The notes under the pieces: generated by a model | Seen by the model: the letters and a program-made list of their open reading frames with translations, nothing else | What the model was told of the DNA's origin: nothing | Databases searched by the model: none | Made by a program: the position numbers and the translations under genes | Shown here: positions 18,068 to 31,128 of the stretch, one piece after another | Position numbering within the stretch: the first letter of the stretch is position 1 | How the letters are laid out: each line of letters starts with the position of its first letter | Assembly: GCA_007118295.1 (NCBI GenBank) | Contig: SKRW01000003.1 | Span: forward strand, 1-43,950 | Origin: Paracoccaceae bacterium | GTDB taxonomy: Bacteria > Pseudomonadota > Alphaproteobacteria > Rhodobacterales > Rhodobacteraceae | Direction: 5' to 3' | Length of the DNA: 43,950 nt

Positions 18068-19096
18068 CTACAGCCAGTCAAGCCAGAGCAGCGCAGCAGT
18101 CGCGAGTGACAGCAATACCAGCGTTTCGATCACGACAATCGCCAGATGCCCGCCTCCCACTTCGCGCAGAACCCGCAGCGAGGTCTTGGCACCCAGCGCA
18201 GCGATTGCCGTAATCAGGCAGGCGCGCGACACAAGCTCTACCTGCGAAACCAGAGCGCCGGGCAAGGCCACCGTGCTGCCAAGGCCAACCAACACCAGAA
18301 ACAGGACCATGAACCAGGGTAACAAGGGGATCGGTCCCTGCGTTGTCCGAGGCCCGGCCAGTTTAAGCACCAGCACGATCACCACAAGCACCACCGGCAA
18401 CATGGCCACCCGGAACAGTTTGACAATTGTTGCCATCTCTCCGGCGCTGGCCGAGACGGAAAACCCGGCACCAACCACCTGCGCGACATCATGGATGGTC
18501 GCACCAATCAGAAAACCCTGCTGCACTTCACTAAAGCCAAGGCCCTGAAACAGCAGCGGATAGGCGACCATTGCGATAGTGGAAAGCGCTGTCACGGCCA
18601 TGACCGTGAAAAGGGTGTTTCGCTCGGTCTTGTCGTTATGCGGTATGACCGCCGCAAGCGCCAACGCCGCCGAAGCCCCGCAAATCGCCACCGCCCCCCC
18701 TGTCAGCAAGGCAAAACGCCATTTGCGCTGAAAGAGGGGCGCAACGATGAACCCTGTGGCAATGGTCAGAACAATCAGCGCAACCAGCAGACCAGCACCC
18801 TGCAGCCCGATCTGTGCCAGATCCTCGAACGCGATCCGGATGCCCAGCAAGCCCACGCCAAGCCGCAGGATGAATTTTGCCGCAAACTCGATCCCGGCGC
18901 GGCACGGTCCCTCGTCATGCAGAAAGTTGAATGCCATGCCCAGCAGCAAGGCCAGCAACATCGCCGGGGCACCGTAATGCGCGCTCAGAAAGGCGGCGGC
19001 GGCCGCAATCGTAGCCGACAGCATCAACCCCGGCAGCAGTGGCGCAGCCAATCCACGCAGACGAGTGTAACTGGTCATCTTGATCCTTGCCCGCAT
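18068..19096 (-). CDS. YeiH/PSE-family putative sulfate/sulfite exporter (SuyZ-like)
   Basis: AICGASAA and GATIHDVAQV motifs, many TM segments; downstream of suyAB. Confidence 0.85.
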   Translation of the reverse strand: MRARIKMTSYTRLRGLAAPLLPGLMLSATIAAAAAFLSAHYGAPAMLLALLLGMAFNFLHDEGPCRAGIEFAAKFILRLGVGLLGIRIAFEDLAQIGLQGAGLLVALIVLTIATGFIVAPLFQRKWRFALLTGGAVAICGASAALALAAVIPHNDKTERNTLFTVMAVTALSTIAMVAYPLLFQGLGFSEVQQGFLIGATIHDVAQVVGAGFSVSASAGEMATIVKLFRVAMLPVVLVVIVLVLKLAGPRTTQGPIPLLPWFMVLFLVLVGLGSTVALPGALVSQVELVSRACLITAIAALGAKTSLRVLREVGGGHLAIVVIETLVLLSLATAALLWLDWL

Positions 19097-19102
19097 GAAA
19101 AT

Positions 19103-19126
19103 GGGGCGGGCTGCTCTGCCCGCCCC
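19103..19126 (-). repeat. GC-rich intercistronic hairpin between suyB and the exporter
   Basis: Stem GGGGCGGGC / GCCCGCCCC with 6-nt loop. Confidence 0.55.
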
Positions 19127-19146
19127 GATAACCTGTGAGTTTCCGC

Positions 19147-20328
19147 TCAGGCGGAACGGTAAAGTTTGGTCATCGAGAATTCGCGATGCCCCAGCGCCTC
19201 GGCAGCCGTCAGGCGACCGTTTGCAGTGCGCTTGATCATTTCGATCAGCGAATCCCCAGCCTGATCGATGGTCATGTCGCGGCGCAACACGCCTGTCACA
19301 TCAACGTCGATATGCTCGGCCATGGTGCGCAGCGTGCGCGGGTTGCCGGAAATCTTGATCACCGGCACGATGGGATTGCCGACCACATTGCCCTGCCCGG
19401 TGGGGAAGGTGTGGATGACATAGCCGCCCGCCGCCATCAGGGTCACACATTCCGCCGCCGCTGACGAGCTGTCCATGAAATACAGCCCCGGCCCCTTGGC
19501 GGGGGCTTCGGCGGGCTCCAGAACATCGATATAGGTGCTGGTGCGACCTATTTTTTCGAGATTGCCCAGGGCCTTTTCCTCGATCGTGGACAATCCGCCC
19601 AGGATATTCCCCTTGGTCGGCTGGCTGTCGGACAGGTCCGAGGTCTTGAACTGTTCGATCACATCATCCTGATAGGCCTGCCATGTTTTCATGAACTTGG
19701 CTGCTGCCTCAGGATTGGCCGCGCGCTTTTCGCAGATATGTTCGGCCCCGGTGATTTCCGAGGTTTCCCCGAAGACGCCATACAGGCCGTGCGGCAGAAG
19801 CTTGTCATACATATTACCGACAGTCGGGCAGGAGGACAGGCCGGTTGTTGTATCGGATTCGCCGCATTTCGTGGATACCCACAGATCAGTGATCGGACAG
19901 TCTTCCTTTTGCAATTCAGACGCCCACTGGACATATTCCTTGGCCTTCCAACTCGCACGGCGGATGGTTTCGAAATCACCGTTCTGCTCGATCCAGAAAC
20001 CCTCGACCGGTTTGCCCGTCTTGGCGATGCCATCGACGATGATCTTGGTCCATTCCGGTTCGATCCCGATGACGACCACAGCCGCCACGTTCGGGTTAGC
20101 CCCCGTGCCGATGATGGTGCGGAAATGCAGGTCCAGATCCTCGCCGAATTGCAAGCGCCCGTAAGCGTGCGGAATGGCCATGGTGCCCTTGACGTTATTG
20201 GCCACTGCCTCGCATGCGGCGTTGGAAATATCGTCCACCGGCAGGATCAGAACGTGGTTGCGCACGCCCACGCGACCATTCTCGCGGCGCCATGCCTTGA
20301 CCGTATCTTGTGAAAAATCGAATGCCAT
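19147..20328 (-). CDS. suyB: (2R)-sulfolactate sulfo-lyase beta subunit (UxaA/GarD family)
   Basis: [37 protein letters not shown] and [16 protein letters not shown]; sulfonate gene context. Confidence 0.88.
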   Translation of the reverse strand: MAFDFSQDTVKAWRRENGRVGVRNHVLILPVDDISNAACEAVANNVKGTMAIPHAYGRLQFGEDLDLHFRTIIGTGANPNVAAVVVIGIEPEWTKIIVDGIAKTGKPVEGFWIEQNGDFETIRRASWKAKEYVQWASELQKEDCPITDLWVSTKCGESDTTTGLSSCPTVGNMYDKLLPHGLYGVFGETSEITGAEHICEKRAANPEAAAKFMKTWQAYQDDVIEQFKTSDLSDSQPTKGNILGGLSTIEEKALGNLEKIGRTSTYIDVLEPAEAPAKGPGLYFMDSSSAAAECVTLMAAGGYVIHTFPTGQGNVVGNPIVPVIKISGNPRTLRTMAEHIDVDVTGVLRRDMTIDQAGDSLIEMIKRTANGRLTAAEALGHREFSMTKLYRSA

Positions 20329-20340
20329 GATTGTTCCCCC

Positions 20341-20637
20341 TTACCAGCGCTTGGTTTTCATGTTGTGGGTGTGGACATGGCCGCCGACCTCTGCCGCGCC
20401 CACCATCTTGCCGATATCTTCGCCATATTTGATAACGGTATCGCCTGCGCTCAGGTCACTCAGCGCGACCTTGTGGCCGATGGGAATATCGGCTTTCGCA
20501 GTCAGGCGGAAATCGCTGTTATCTTCGGTGCAGACGCACAGCATGTCAGTGCCGGCAGTCAGCCCTTCGACCACGACGACGCCGACATTGTCGGCCTTGT
20601 CGTGAACAAGCAGTTGCGGATGGGTGTTTGCGGTCAT
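20341..20637 (-). CDS. suyA: (2R)-sulfolactate sulfo-lyase alpha subunit (SAF domain)
   Basis: DNVGVVV, DIPIGHKVAL, VIKYGEDIG and HVHTHNMKTKRW; paired with suyB. Confidence 0.88.
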   Translation of the reverse strand: MTANTHPQLLVHDKADNVGVVVVEGLTAGTDMLCVCTEDNSDFRLTAKADIPIGHKVALSDLSAGDTVIKYGEDIGKMVGAAEVGGHVHTHNMKTKRW

Positions 20638-20666
20638 GGTCCTCTCCCTTTGGGTGGCAATTTGGG

Positions 20667-21665
20667 TCAGTGACGGGCAAGGCGCGTCAATGTGTCATGA
20701 AGCGGTTGCGCGATCTCGATATTGTCGGCCCGTGCTGCGCGCTCGGCCATGCGACGCGCTCCCGGCAAACGCGCACCCTCCTGTGATTCTATAGCCCCAA
20801 ACATCGCCTCTGCACGATCCGTGAAGCCAGGGGCGAAGCGCGCGGGGTCAAGCACCAGCAGGAAATGCGCCAGATCGGGCGCCGGGCCCTTGTCGTCGAA
20901 CAGCGAACTGGCCTGATACGCGAAATGCGCCCCCGCCAGACCGGCTGTCAGAAGCTCCACCATCAGGGCCAAGGCCGCGCCCTTTGCCCCGCCTGATGGC
21001 ACCATCGTCCCTGCCATGGCCGCATCTGCATCCGTGGTCGGGGTGCCGTCGGTATCCAGCGCCCAACCTTCGGGAATGGGCTGGCCAGCCTTTTGGGCCA
21101 GCATCACCTTGCCGCGCGCCACATGGCTGAGCGACAGGTCAATCACAAGCGGGTCACCCTGCGCGCGGGGCGCGGCAAAAGCAATCGGGTTGGTTCCGTA
21201 GAGCGCGCTGTTGCCACCCCAGGGTGCCATCGCCGCAGGGGCATTGGCCAGCGCCAGCGCGACAAGCCCTTGTCGCGCGAAAGGCTCGACCGACTGCCCC
21301 GCAACCCCGAAATGGTGCGAATGGGTGACGCTGACAACCGCGACACCCAGATCGCGTGCCACCTCGCGCGCGGTGTGTGCGCCCGCGTCAATGGCAGCAA
21401 AGGCCAGTCCGAAGCCTGCATCCACGCGGATCACCGCGCCGTCACGAGAAACAGTTGGCACGGCATCCGCCACCACTTTGCCCGTGCGCATCTGGTCCAC
21501 ATAAAACGGCACGCGCGCCAACCCGTGCGAGGGCAGCCCCTCCTGCTCGGCCAGCACAAGGGCTCGCGCGGCGGGACGCGCCATATCCTCTGGCATTCCG
21601 GCCACCATGAAAGCCTGCAATACAAGCTGACTTGCCGTATCAGGGCTGATTATGACGCTGGACAT
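20667..21665 (-). CDS. comC: Ldh_2 family oxidoreductase, probable (R)-sulfolactate dehydrogenase
   Basis: GLPSHG, SHHFG, GTNPIAFAAP and GGAKG motifs; directly upstream of suyAB. Confidence 0.75.
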   Translation of the reverse strand: MSSVIISPDTASQLVLQAFMVAGMPEDMARPAARALVLAEQEGLPSHGLARVPFYVDQMRTGKVVADAVPTVSRDGAVIRVDAGFGLAFAAIDAGAHTAREVARDLGVAVVSVTHSHHFGVAGQSVEPFARQGLVALALANAPAAMAPWGGNSALYGTNPIAFAAPRAQGDPLVIDLSLSHVARGKVMLAQKAGQPIPEGWALDTDGTPTTDADAAMAGTMVPSGGAKGAALALMVELLTAGLAGAHFAYQASSLFDDKGPAPDLAHFLLVLDPARFAPGFTDRAEAMFGAIESQEGARLPGARRMAERAARADNIEIAQPLHDTLTRLARH

Positions 21666-21692
21666 GGTAAGCTCAACTCCCTGAGTCTTGCA

Positions 21693-21706
21693 AAACTATA
21701 TAGTTT
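21693..21706. promoter_or_regulatory. Perfect palindrome, candidate GntR/HutC-family operator
   Basis: AAACTATATAGTTT in the AT-rich gap between divergent comC-suyAB and the GntR gene. Confidence 0.6.
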
Positions 21707-21771
21707 ATATATTATAGCGACGTCAAGGAGGATCGCGCCTTGTACGCGAAGTAAGGTGTCCCGAGGCCCAT

Positions 21772-22491
21772 ATGACCGCTCGACCAGTCCCCCAGCCGCT
21801 ACACCGCCAGTTGCGCGATCTGATGATGGCGCGAATAGAGGCAGGCGAGTGGCCCCCAGGCACCTATCTGCCGCCTGAAACACGGCTGGCAGATGATTAC
21901 GGTGTGGCCGTGGGCACCCTGCGCAAGGCACTGCTGGATCTGGCCTCCGAGGGGGTGGTCCAGCGCCGTCAGGGCAAGGGAACGGTTGTCACCACCCATG
22001 ACAGCGATGCCGTCCTGTTTCGCTTTTTCAACCTGCGCCGGGCCGATGGCAGCACCCTGCGCCCCGAGAGTCGTGTGCTGTCACGCAAGCGCGAAGTGTC
22101 TGCACCTGTAGATTCGCAAGCGCTTGGACTGAGCGAGGGGGCAGACATCATACGAATTACCCGTGTGCGCGAAGGTGATGGAGAGCCAATCCTGTATGAA
22201 CATATCCTGCTGGATGCTGCACGCTTTGGCACGCTGGAAACGCAGCCCGAGATTCTGCCCAACACATTGTATCAGCTTTATCAGATGGAATTTGGTGCCA
22301 CCGTCCACCGCGCCCGCGAAGCGCTGATCGCAACCAGCGCCCACAGTGACTGCGCGCGTGAACTGGGTGTCACCCCCGGCACCCCCTTGCTGCATATCCG
22401 CCGCATCGCGCTGGATTACAGCGGCGCACCCATCGAGTTGCGTCTGTCATGGGTCAATACGGACAGCCTGCATTATCAGGCCGAGGTCTGA
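21772..22491 (+). CDS. GntR family (HutC/UTRA) transcriptional regulator
   Basis: HTH LPPETRLADDYGVAVGTLRKAL and RRQGKGT; UTRA-like C-terminus; divergent from comC-suyAB. Confidence 0.92.
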   Translation: MTARPVPQPLHRQLRDLMMARIEAGEWPPGTYLPPETRLADDYGVAVGTLRKALLDLASEGVVQRRQGKGTVVTTHDSDAVLFRFFNLRRADGSTLRPESRVLSRKREVSAPVDSQALGLSEGADIIRITRVREGDGEPILYEHILLDAARFGTLETQPEILPNTLYQLYQMEFGATVHRAREALIATSAHSDCARELGVTPGTPLLHIRRIALDYSGAPIELRLSWVNTDSLHYQAEV

Positions 22492-22542
22492 CGCGGGTCG
22501 ACAGGATGCGGGCGGGCGGATCAAACGCATCGCGGAGGGTCG

Positions 22543-23112
22543 TCAATCTCGACCGTTATCGCCAATCACTTGCACCTTCGGCCATCGAGTTCGCCAATTC
22601 TTGGCTTTGACGCGCGCAAGAAAAGCCTTGATCTTATGCGGAAATTCAGACGTGGGCCGAAGAATAAGCCCGTCCAGGTCGGAAAGGCCAAACGGCGCGA
22701 TGACAATACATTCGTTGCCCAAACGCCTTGCCGCGACAGCCGTGGCAGTTTCAGGCCAGAAGCGCATGGCGTCCGCGACCGAGACATAAGGCGCGTCGTG
22801 ATTGCGCAAATGCATCCTGGCTTGGTTCTTGACCGACCAGTTGAGGTCAGGGGCACTTTTTCGGAGGGTCGCTTCGATTTCGGCGTCATATGCTGCATCG
22901 GTGATTGACTGGTCGTAGAACAGGACATCAATGTCTTCATGGCGGCAATCGCGGGCGCGCCCGTGAAGGTGATCCCAGACAAGGTTGCGCACGAAACCCG
23001 CACCAATGCACCCTTGCGGCAGGCCAAGAGCTTCGACCATCCCCAGTGCCTGCCATCGAAGTTGATCGCGCATCAATAGGTCGGGGACCCGGTAAGCAAC
23101 TGAGACTGACAT
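22543..23112 (-). CDS. Putative nucleotidyltransferase family protein (DUF925-like)
   Basis: GAGFVRNLVWD, DIDVLFYD, WSVKNQARMH, WPETATAV and APFGLSDL motifs. Confidence 0.8.
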   Translation of the reverse strand: MSVSVAYRVPDLLMRDQLRWQALGMVEALGLPQGCIGAGFVRNLVWDHLHGRARDCRHEDIDVLFYDQSITDAAYDAEIEATLRKSAPDLNWSVKNQARMHLRNHDAPYVSVADAMRFWPETATAVAARRLGNECIVIAPFGLSDLDGLILRPTSEFPHKIKAFLARVKAKNWRTRWPKVQVIGDNGRD

Positions 23113-23189
23113 CTGATAATTGTCGCGCAGGCTTCGGCGTTGTTCAACGGCAACATTTTCCGCATTTCTGAAACCCGGCTAGGCACTGT

Positions 23190-24182
23190 CTATAACATCA
23201 ACACGATCTTCGCCGCATCCACCCGCCCTGCATCCAGATCGGCGAACGCGGATGCACCATCCGCAAAGGGGCGTGTCTCGACCCAACCAAGCCCGCCCAG
23301 ATGCCCATGCGCCAGCGCGTCAAGGGCAGCGGCGAAATCCTCTGGCGTGTAGCAGTAACTGCCGGTGATCGTGATCTCTTGCAGGGTCAGGCGGCGGATA
23401 TCGTAGCCATCGCTGCCCGGTAACAGGCCCACATGCACGATCACGCCGCCCGGTCGCACCGCCCGTGACGCGGCCTGTCGGGTCGCAACAGCCCCAACCG
23501 CATCTATGATCAGATCATAGGCATCAGGTCCGGGGTCATGGTGCAGCGGATCGAAACAGGTGATCCCCGGCTCACTGGCAAGTATCGCACGGCGCCCGGC
23601 ATGCGGTTCGGCCACATCAATGCCCGCCACGCCCATATGGCGCGCAACCAGTGCCGCGCCCACGCCGATCGCGCCGCCACCCTGCACCAGCACGCGCGGG
23701 CGCGCGTCGCCCAACCGTTCCAGCCCGATCCGCACTGCGTGCCATGACACGGCCACCGGCTCGGTCAGGGCGGCCACACGCAGGCTCATGCCGTCGGGAA
23801 CAGGCAGCAGGTTGCGCTCCGGAATGGTAACATATTCGGCAAAGGCACCGGGACGCGGCGGCATGGAGATGATCGCGCGCGTGGGAGAGAGATGCGGACG
23901 GCCTGCCTTGGCGACAGGGCAGTCCATGTCTACCACCAGCGGGTTGATCGCCACCGCCGCGCCCTTGCGCGGCCCCGAGGCGATGTGGCCCGCCGCTTCA
24001 TGACCCAGAACCAGCGGCGGCGGGCGGCGGTCGTCATGACCATGATAGGCATGCATGTCCGAGCCACATATTCCAACCGCACGCACCCTGACCAGCACTT
24101 CGCCCGGCTTTGGCTCTGGCACTGGCTGCGTGTCCAGTGTCATCTGGTTGGGTCCGGTATAGACAAGCGCCTGCATGCTCAT
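23190..24182 (-). CDS. hpsP: Zn-dependent (MDR) alcohol dehydrogenase, DHPS dehydrogenase HpsP-like
   Basis: CGSDMH, GHEAAG and GGGAIG motifs; ATGA overlap with the upstream SDR; hps context. Confidence 0.75.
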   Translation of the reverse strand: MSMQALVYTGPNQMTLDTQPVPEPKPGEVLVRVRAVGICGSDMHAYHGHDDRRPPPLVLGHEAAGHIASGPRKGAAVAINPLVVDMDCPVAKAGRPHLSPTRAIISMPPRPGAFAEYVTIPERNLLPVPDGMSLRVAALTEPVAVSWHAVRIGLERLGDARPRVLVQGGGAIGVGAALVARHMGVAGIDVAEPHAGRRAILASEPGITCFDPLHHDPGPDAYDLIIDAVGAVATRQAASRAVRPGGVIVHVGLLPGSDGYDIRRLTLQEITITGSYCYTPEDFAAALDALAHGHLGGLGWVETRPFADGASAFADLDAGRVDAAKIVLML

Positions 24183-24923
24183 TTGGCGGTAAACCCCCCA
24201 TCGACGAAGAGTGTCTGCCCGGTTATGTAGCCAGAGGCGTCCGAGCATAGAAACACTGTTGCACCATACAGATCGTCCAGCCGCCCATTGCGCCCGATGG
24301 CCGTGCGCGCGGCATTGGCCGCGGCCAGATCGGGGTCATCGAACACGGGTGCCGTCAGGGGCGTGGGAAAGAACCCCGGTGCGATCGCATTGCATGTCAC
24401 CCCCTGCCCCGAGAACTCCTGCGCCATCGCGCGGGTCAGCTGCACGATCCCGCCCTTGCCGGCCCCGTAAGGTGCCGAATTGGGGAAAGCGCGCTGCGAT
24501 TGCAGGGACGCCAGATTGAGCACCCGCCCCCAGCCGCGCGCAGCCATGCCCGGCGCCAGATGCTGAACCAGAAAGAACGGCGCGCGCAGATGCAGCGCCA
24601 TGTGCAGATCAAACGCGGCTGGCGTGACCTGCCCGTAGGGCTGGCGCAGATTGACCCCTGCGGCATTGATCAGGATATCGACGTTGCCCGCGCTTTCAGC
24701 CAATCCCTGCAGCGCGGCAGGGTCGGTCAGATCCGTGGGATGCGTCCAGACGTCCAGCCCCTCCTGCGCAAGTTCCTGTTGCGCGGACTCTAACCTTGCA
24801 CTGTCGCGCGCAGCCAGATGCAGGCGCGCACCCTGCATGCCCAAGGCGCGCGCCATGGCAAGCCCGATCCCGGAATTGCCCCCCGTCACCAGTGCAACCC
24901 GGCCCGTTAGATCGAACAATCCG

Positions 24924-24937
<14 letters not shown>
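24179..24937 (-). CDS. hpsO: SDR oxidoreductase, DHPS dehydrogenase HpsO-like
   Basis: [17 protein letters not shown] and YGAGK; hps context. Confidence 0.75.
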
Positions 24938-27505
<2,568 letters not shown>

Positions 27506-28552
27506 TTACTCGTTGTTTGCAAAGGCCCGCAGTTCGGGATCGTCCATGACCATCTGCATGAAGCTGGCGTTGATGTAATCCTCGGCCGCCGGGGTGGATT
27601 CGGTCGTTCCGACCGAGGTCATGAAATCGCCGATAGCCGTCAGCCACTGATCGACCTGGCTGTGCCCGTCCGAGCGATCCATCAGCGCGACCTGCTCTTC
27701 CAGCGGGAAGGTCGGGCGCAGATCGAATTCGGCATTCACGGCAGCGTCCGAAATCTCGACCCCGCCATCCGAATAGAAATCCACCAGATGCCGACGCGCT
27801 TCTTCGGGGTTTTCCTTGGCCCAGACGACACCGCGCAGGAAGGTCGCCAGCACGCGGGCAACGCGGTCAGGGTGTTCTTCGGCAAAACCGGGACGAACCA
27901 CCAGCGCGCCGGGCACAATCGCGCCCGCATCTGCGCCTGAACACAGGTAGTCGCTATTGGCGCGTTCCTGCAAGGTATAGGTGTTGGGTGCCCAGACCCC
28001 GGCAAGTTTTGCCTCGCCAGCAATAATGCCCGTGATAACCTGCGCCTGACCAAGGTTGATATACTCGACATCGGACTGGCTGAGACCCCATTGCTCAAGG
28101 CAAGACTGGGTCGCAAAATCGACAGTCGAGTTTGTGGTCAGCAAGATACGTTGCCCGCGGATGCTTTCAGGATTGGCGCGGAACTCTTCGATGGCGTCAT
28201 TGGTTGCCATCAACGCGTTGCCTGCGCTTTCATCATTGGTCAGACCGATGGTCTGCAAGCCGAAACGTGCGGCCCCCAGAACTGCAGGGACGGACCCTGT
28301 GCCACCGACATCCCAGTCATTCGCCTGCGCGGCGGCGATCTGAGGCGCACCTGCAGGGAATGTGGTGAAGCTGGGTTCAAGGCCCACTTCGGCCCACCAG
28401 CCGAATTCGGTCGCCAGGTAGAAGGGCAGCGCCCAATACAGCGCAGGCTGATAGCTGAGGTTGATCGGCGTCAGATCTTGCGCCTGTGCGGGGGCGAGTG
28501 TGCCGAAGCTTGCCACTGTGGCAAGGGCCACGGCCTTGAAAGTCAGTCTCAT
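27506..28552 (-). CDS. NitT/TauT (SsuA/TauA-like) ABC substrate-binding protein
   Basis: Signal peptide ending AQA-Q; FPAGAPQI and FAEEHPDRV motifs; in an operon with a TauB-like ATPase and two permeases. Confidence 0.85.
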   Translation of the reverse strand: MRLTFKAVALATVASFGTLAPAQAQDLTPINLSYQPALYWALPFYLATEFGWWAEVGLEPSFTTFPAGAPQIAAAQANDWDVGGTGSVPAVLGAARFGLQTIGLTNDESAGNALMATNDAIEEFRANPESIRGQRILLTTNSTVDFATQSCLEQWGLSQSDVEYINLGQAQVITGIIAGEAKLAGVWAPNTYTLQERANSDYLCSGADAGAIVPGALVVRPGFAEEHPDRVARVLATFLRGVVWAKENPEEARRHLVDFYSDGGVEISDAAVNAEFDLRPTFPLEEQVALMDRSDGHSQVDQWLTAIGDFMTSVGTTESTPAAEDYINASFMQMVMDDPELRAFANNE

Positions 28553-28589
28553 GGGGTCGTTCCTCCTCTGTTGGATTCTTTTCGTCCGC

Positions 28590-29387
28590 TCAGACGTGCT
28601 GGGCGGCTTTCTCTTCGCGCAGACTGCGCCAGATATGCGTGCGCAGATGCACGAAACTTTCGAGGTCCATCACATCCTCGATCTTCTCATGGCTGTCCCA
28701 AGCTTCGGCATTGCGGACCGACGCGATGTCCAGCACTTCCTTGATCCGCCCCGGCGCACGGGTCATGATGGCCACGCGATCCGCCAGATAGACTGCCTCT
28801 TCCACAGCATGCGTGATAAACAGCACCGTGCGCGGGTTCTTGCGGGCCAGACGCACAAGCTCTTCCTGCATGACAACGCGGGTCTGGGCATCCAGCGCGC
28901 CGAATGGCTCGTCCATCAGCAGCACATCCGGGTCCAGCACATAGGCGCGCGCAATGGCCACGCGTTGTTGCATGCCCCCCGAAAGCTGATGCGGGAAATG
29001 CTTTGCATACTGGGTCAGGTTCATCAGATTCAGGATAGCGTCGATACGCGACGCACGCTCCGCCCCGCTGACATTCAGGTTCCGCAGGCCCATATCAATG
29101 TTGTCATAGACGCTTTTCCACGGGAAAAGCGCGAATTGCTGAAAGACCACGGCGCGGTCCGGGCCGGGCCGCTTGATGGGGGTCCCATCGACCGAGACGA
29201 CTCCATCGGTGGTATTTTCGAAACCGGCCACCATACGCAGGCACGTTGTCTTGCCGCAGCCCGAGGGGCCAACAATGGCGACGAATTCCCTGTCGCGAAT
29301 CTCCAGATTGATGTCCTGAAGCGCCACAAAGCCAGAGTCGCGGGGGCCGAATATCTTGCCCACATCCTTAAACTGGATCACACCCAT
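28590..29387 (-). CDS. NitT/TauT ABC ATP-binding protein
   Basis: GPSGCGKT, VFQQFALFPW, LSGGMQQR and MDEPFGALDAQTR. Confidence 0.93.
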   Translation of the reverse strand: MGVIQFKDVGKIFGPRDSGFVALQDINLEIRDREFVAIVGPSGCGKTTCLRMVAGFENTTDGVVSVDGTPIKRPGPDRAVVFQQFALFPWKSVYDNIDMGLRNLNVSGAERASRIDAILNLMNLTQYAKHFPHQLSGGMQQRVAIARAYVLDPDVLLMDEPFGALDAQTRVVMQEELVRLARKNPRTVLFITHAVEEAVYLADRVAIMTRAPGRIKEVLDIASVRNAEAWDSHEKIEDVMDLESFVHLRTHIWRSLREEKAAQHV

Positions 29388-29424
29388 TCGCGTCTCTCCC
29401 CGATTTGCCGTGTCTTCAGAAGCA

Positions 29425-30210
29425 TCAGTTTTCCAGTCCCCGCCGCCGCTGGATCACCCGCTCGGCCAGCCTCAGCGCCGAATCCAGCGCCAGCCCGACC
29501 AGCCCGATCGCGACCATCCCGGCCATCACTGTTGTCGTGGAAACATTTGCCTGCCCCTGCACCATCATGTACCCGACACCCGCCGACGCCACGATCAGCT
29601 CGGCCCCGACCAGTGACTGCCAGCCAAGGCCCGCGGACACGCGCAGCCCCGAAATGATCGAGGGCACAGACGAGGGCAGCAGCACTTCACGGATCACACG
29701 ATGCGAGGGCGTACCCAGCATGTTCGCAGCCTCGATCAGACGCGGATCGACAAATTTTGCCCCCCGATAGGCATTGATCACGCAAGGCGGAAAGGCGCCT
29801 GCAAAGATGATCATGATCGGTCCGCCAATGCCGGTGCCAAACCACAGTGCGGCAAAGGGCACCCAGGCAATCGGCGCGACAAAGCGCAGCGCATCGAATA
29901 GCGGCGAGACGATTTCATCCAGGAGCTGGTACCATCCCATCAGCAGGCCCAGCGGGATGCCGATCAGCGCCGCCAGAATAAAGCCATAGGCAAATCGCAT
30001 GAAACTGGCAGCCAGATGCCCTTGCAGGGTCGCACCCGCAAAGCGGCGGTCCAGCAGCGTGGTAAAGCGGTCATACACCTCGACCGGCGAGGGCAGAAAG
30101 ATGTTGGACACCATACCGCTGACCGCGAGCCCGTGCCAAAGCCCGATGAAACAGCCAAGCCCCAGAAACCCAAGGCCGATGGATTGCAGCAAGCTGATTT
30201 GCTTTTGCAT
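29425..30210 (-). CDS. NitT/TauT ABC permease
   Basis: LPSPVEV, APIAWVP, LIEAANMLG and LVGAEL; AAGGA RBS before ATG 30210. Confidence 0.9.
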   Translation of the reverse strand: MQKQISLLQSIGLGFLGLGCFIGLWHGLAVSGMVSNIFLPSPVEVYDRFTTLLDRRFAGATLQGHLAASFMRFAYGFILAALIGIPLGLLMGWYQLLDEIVSPLFDALRFVAPIAWVPFAALWFGTGIGGPIMIIFAGAFPPCVINAYRGAKFVDPRLIEAANMLGTPSHRVIREVLLPSSVPSIISGLRVSAGLGWQSLVGAELIVASAGVGYMMVQGQANVSTTTVMAGMVAIGLVGLALDSALRLAERVIQRRRGLEN

Positions 30211-30214
30211 CGGG

Positions 30215-30997
30215 TTATCCTTTCGCCGCAAGCGCTGCGGTATTCCAGCGTAGCGCCCTGCTTTCGGCCACGCCTAGCAAGCGCGTCGTGCCCCAGCCCA
30301 GAATTGCGACTGCGATCATGCCCACCAGAATCATGCCCGGATACAGGTCTTGCTGCGCCACGTTCAGCACCCGCCCGATCCCGTAGAAGGCACCAACCAG
30401 TTCTGCAGCGACCAGTGTTGTCCACGACGCCTGCAATGACAGCCGCAGCCCGGTAAAGATCATCGGGCTTGCACCGGGGATCAGCACCTCACCGACAAAG
30501 CGCGTCTTGGGCATGCCAAGCATGTACGCCGCCTCGATCACCGGGCGATCGATGTTGCGAACCCCTGCAAATGTATTGATGACCGACGGAACAAACGCAG
30601 AGAACCAGATCACCATGATCTTGGCCGCATCACCCAGACCCAGCCAGAGGATCGCCAGAGGAATCCACGCCAGGGGCGGGATCGGGCGGATGATCAGGAA
30701 GATCGGGTTTATGATGGCTTCGGCCTTGCGGTTCCAGCCCATCAACAGGCCAAGCGGCACACCAGTCGCAATTGCAAACAGAAAGCCCATCACGACCAGG
30801 CGCAAAGAGTTGTAGACGTGAAGCGTCAGGTCACCGCCGCCATATCCGCGACCAGAGACATGTATGAGTGCGGACCAGGTTTCCGCCGGAGATGGAAAGC
30901 GCCCCGATGGGATCAGACCAAAAAGCGTGGTCGCGCAGAACCAGAGGATACACACGATAAAGATCGTCGCCATACCAATCGATACTCTGCGTGGCAC
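30215..30997 (-). CDS. NitT/TauT ABC permease
   Basis: FPSPAE, RPIPPLAWIP, IEAAYMLG and LVAAEL; in-frame GTG at 30997 follows a GGAGG RBS (ORF track starts at 31030). Confidence 0.88.
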   Translation of the reverse strand: MPRRVSIGMATIFIVCILWFCATTLFGLIPSGRFPSPAETWSALIHVSGRGYGGGDLTLHVYNSLRLVVMGFLFAIATGVPLGLLMGWNRKAEAIINPIFLIIRPIPPLAWIPLAILWLGLGDAAKIMVIWFSAFVPSVINTFAGVRNIDRPVIEAAYMLGMPKTRFVGEVLIPGASPMIFTGLRLSLQASWTTLVAAELVGAFYGIGRVLNVAQQDLYPGMILVGMIAVAILGWGTTRLLGVAESRALRWNTAALAAKG

Positions 30998-31015
30998 GTG
31001 AACCTCCCCCATTTG

Positions 31016-31029
31016 TGTAAACGCTTTCA
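31016..31029. promoter_or_regulatory. LacI-family operator
   Basis: TGTAAACGCTTTCA fits TGnAAnCGnTTnCA; lies between the divergent LacI gene and the transport/hps operon; minus-strand TTGACA at 31045-31050. Confidence 0.7.
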
Positions 31030-31128
31030 TATCTTGTCATCGTCTGTCAATATTTTTATGACTTCTCTTGCTTTTTATTCTTACTGAACGCATAAAAGCG
31101 AATGTAATTTTTCATAAAGAGGCTGAAA

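Noticed and set aside
19147-20637. Annotation as altronate/galactarate dehydratase
   Set aside because: Split small/large subunit arrangement flanked by comC and a YeiH exporter fits SuyAB
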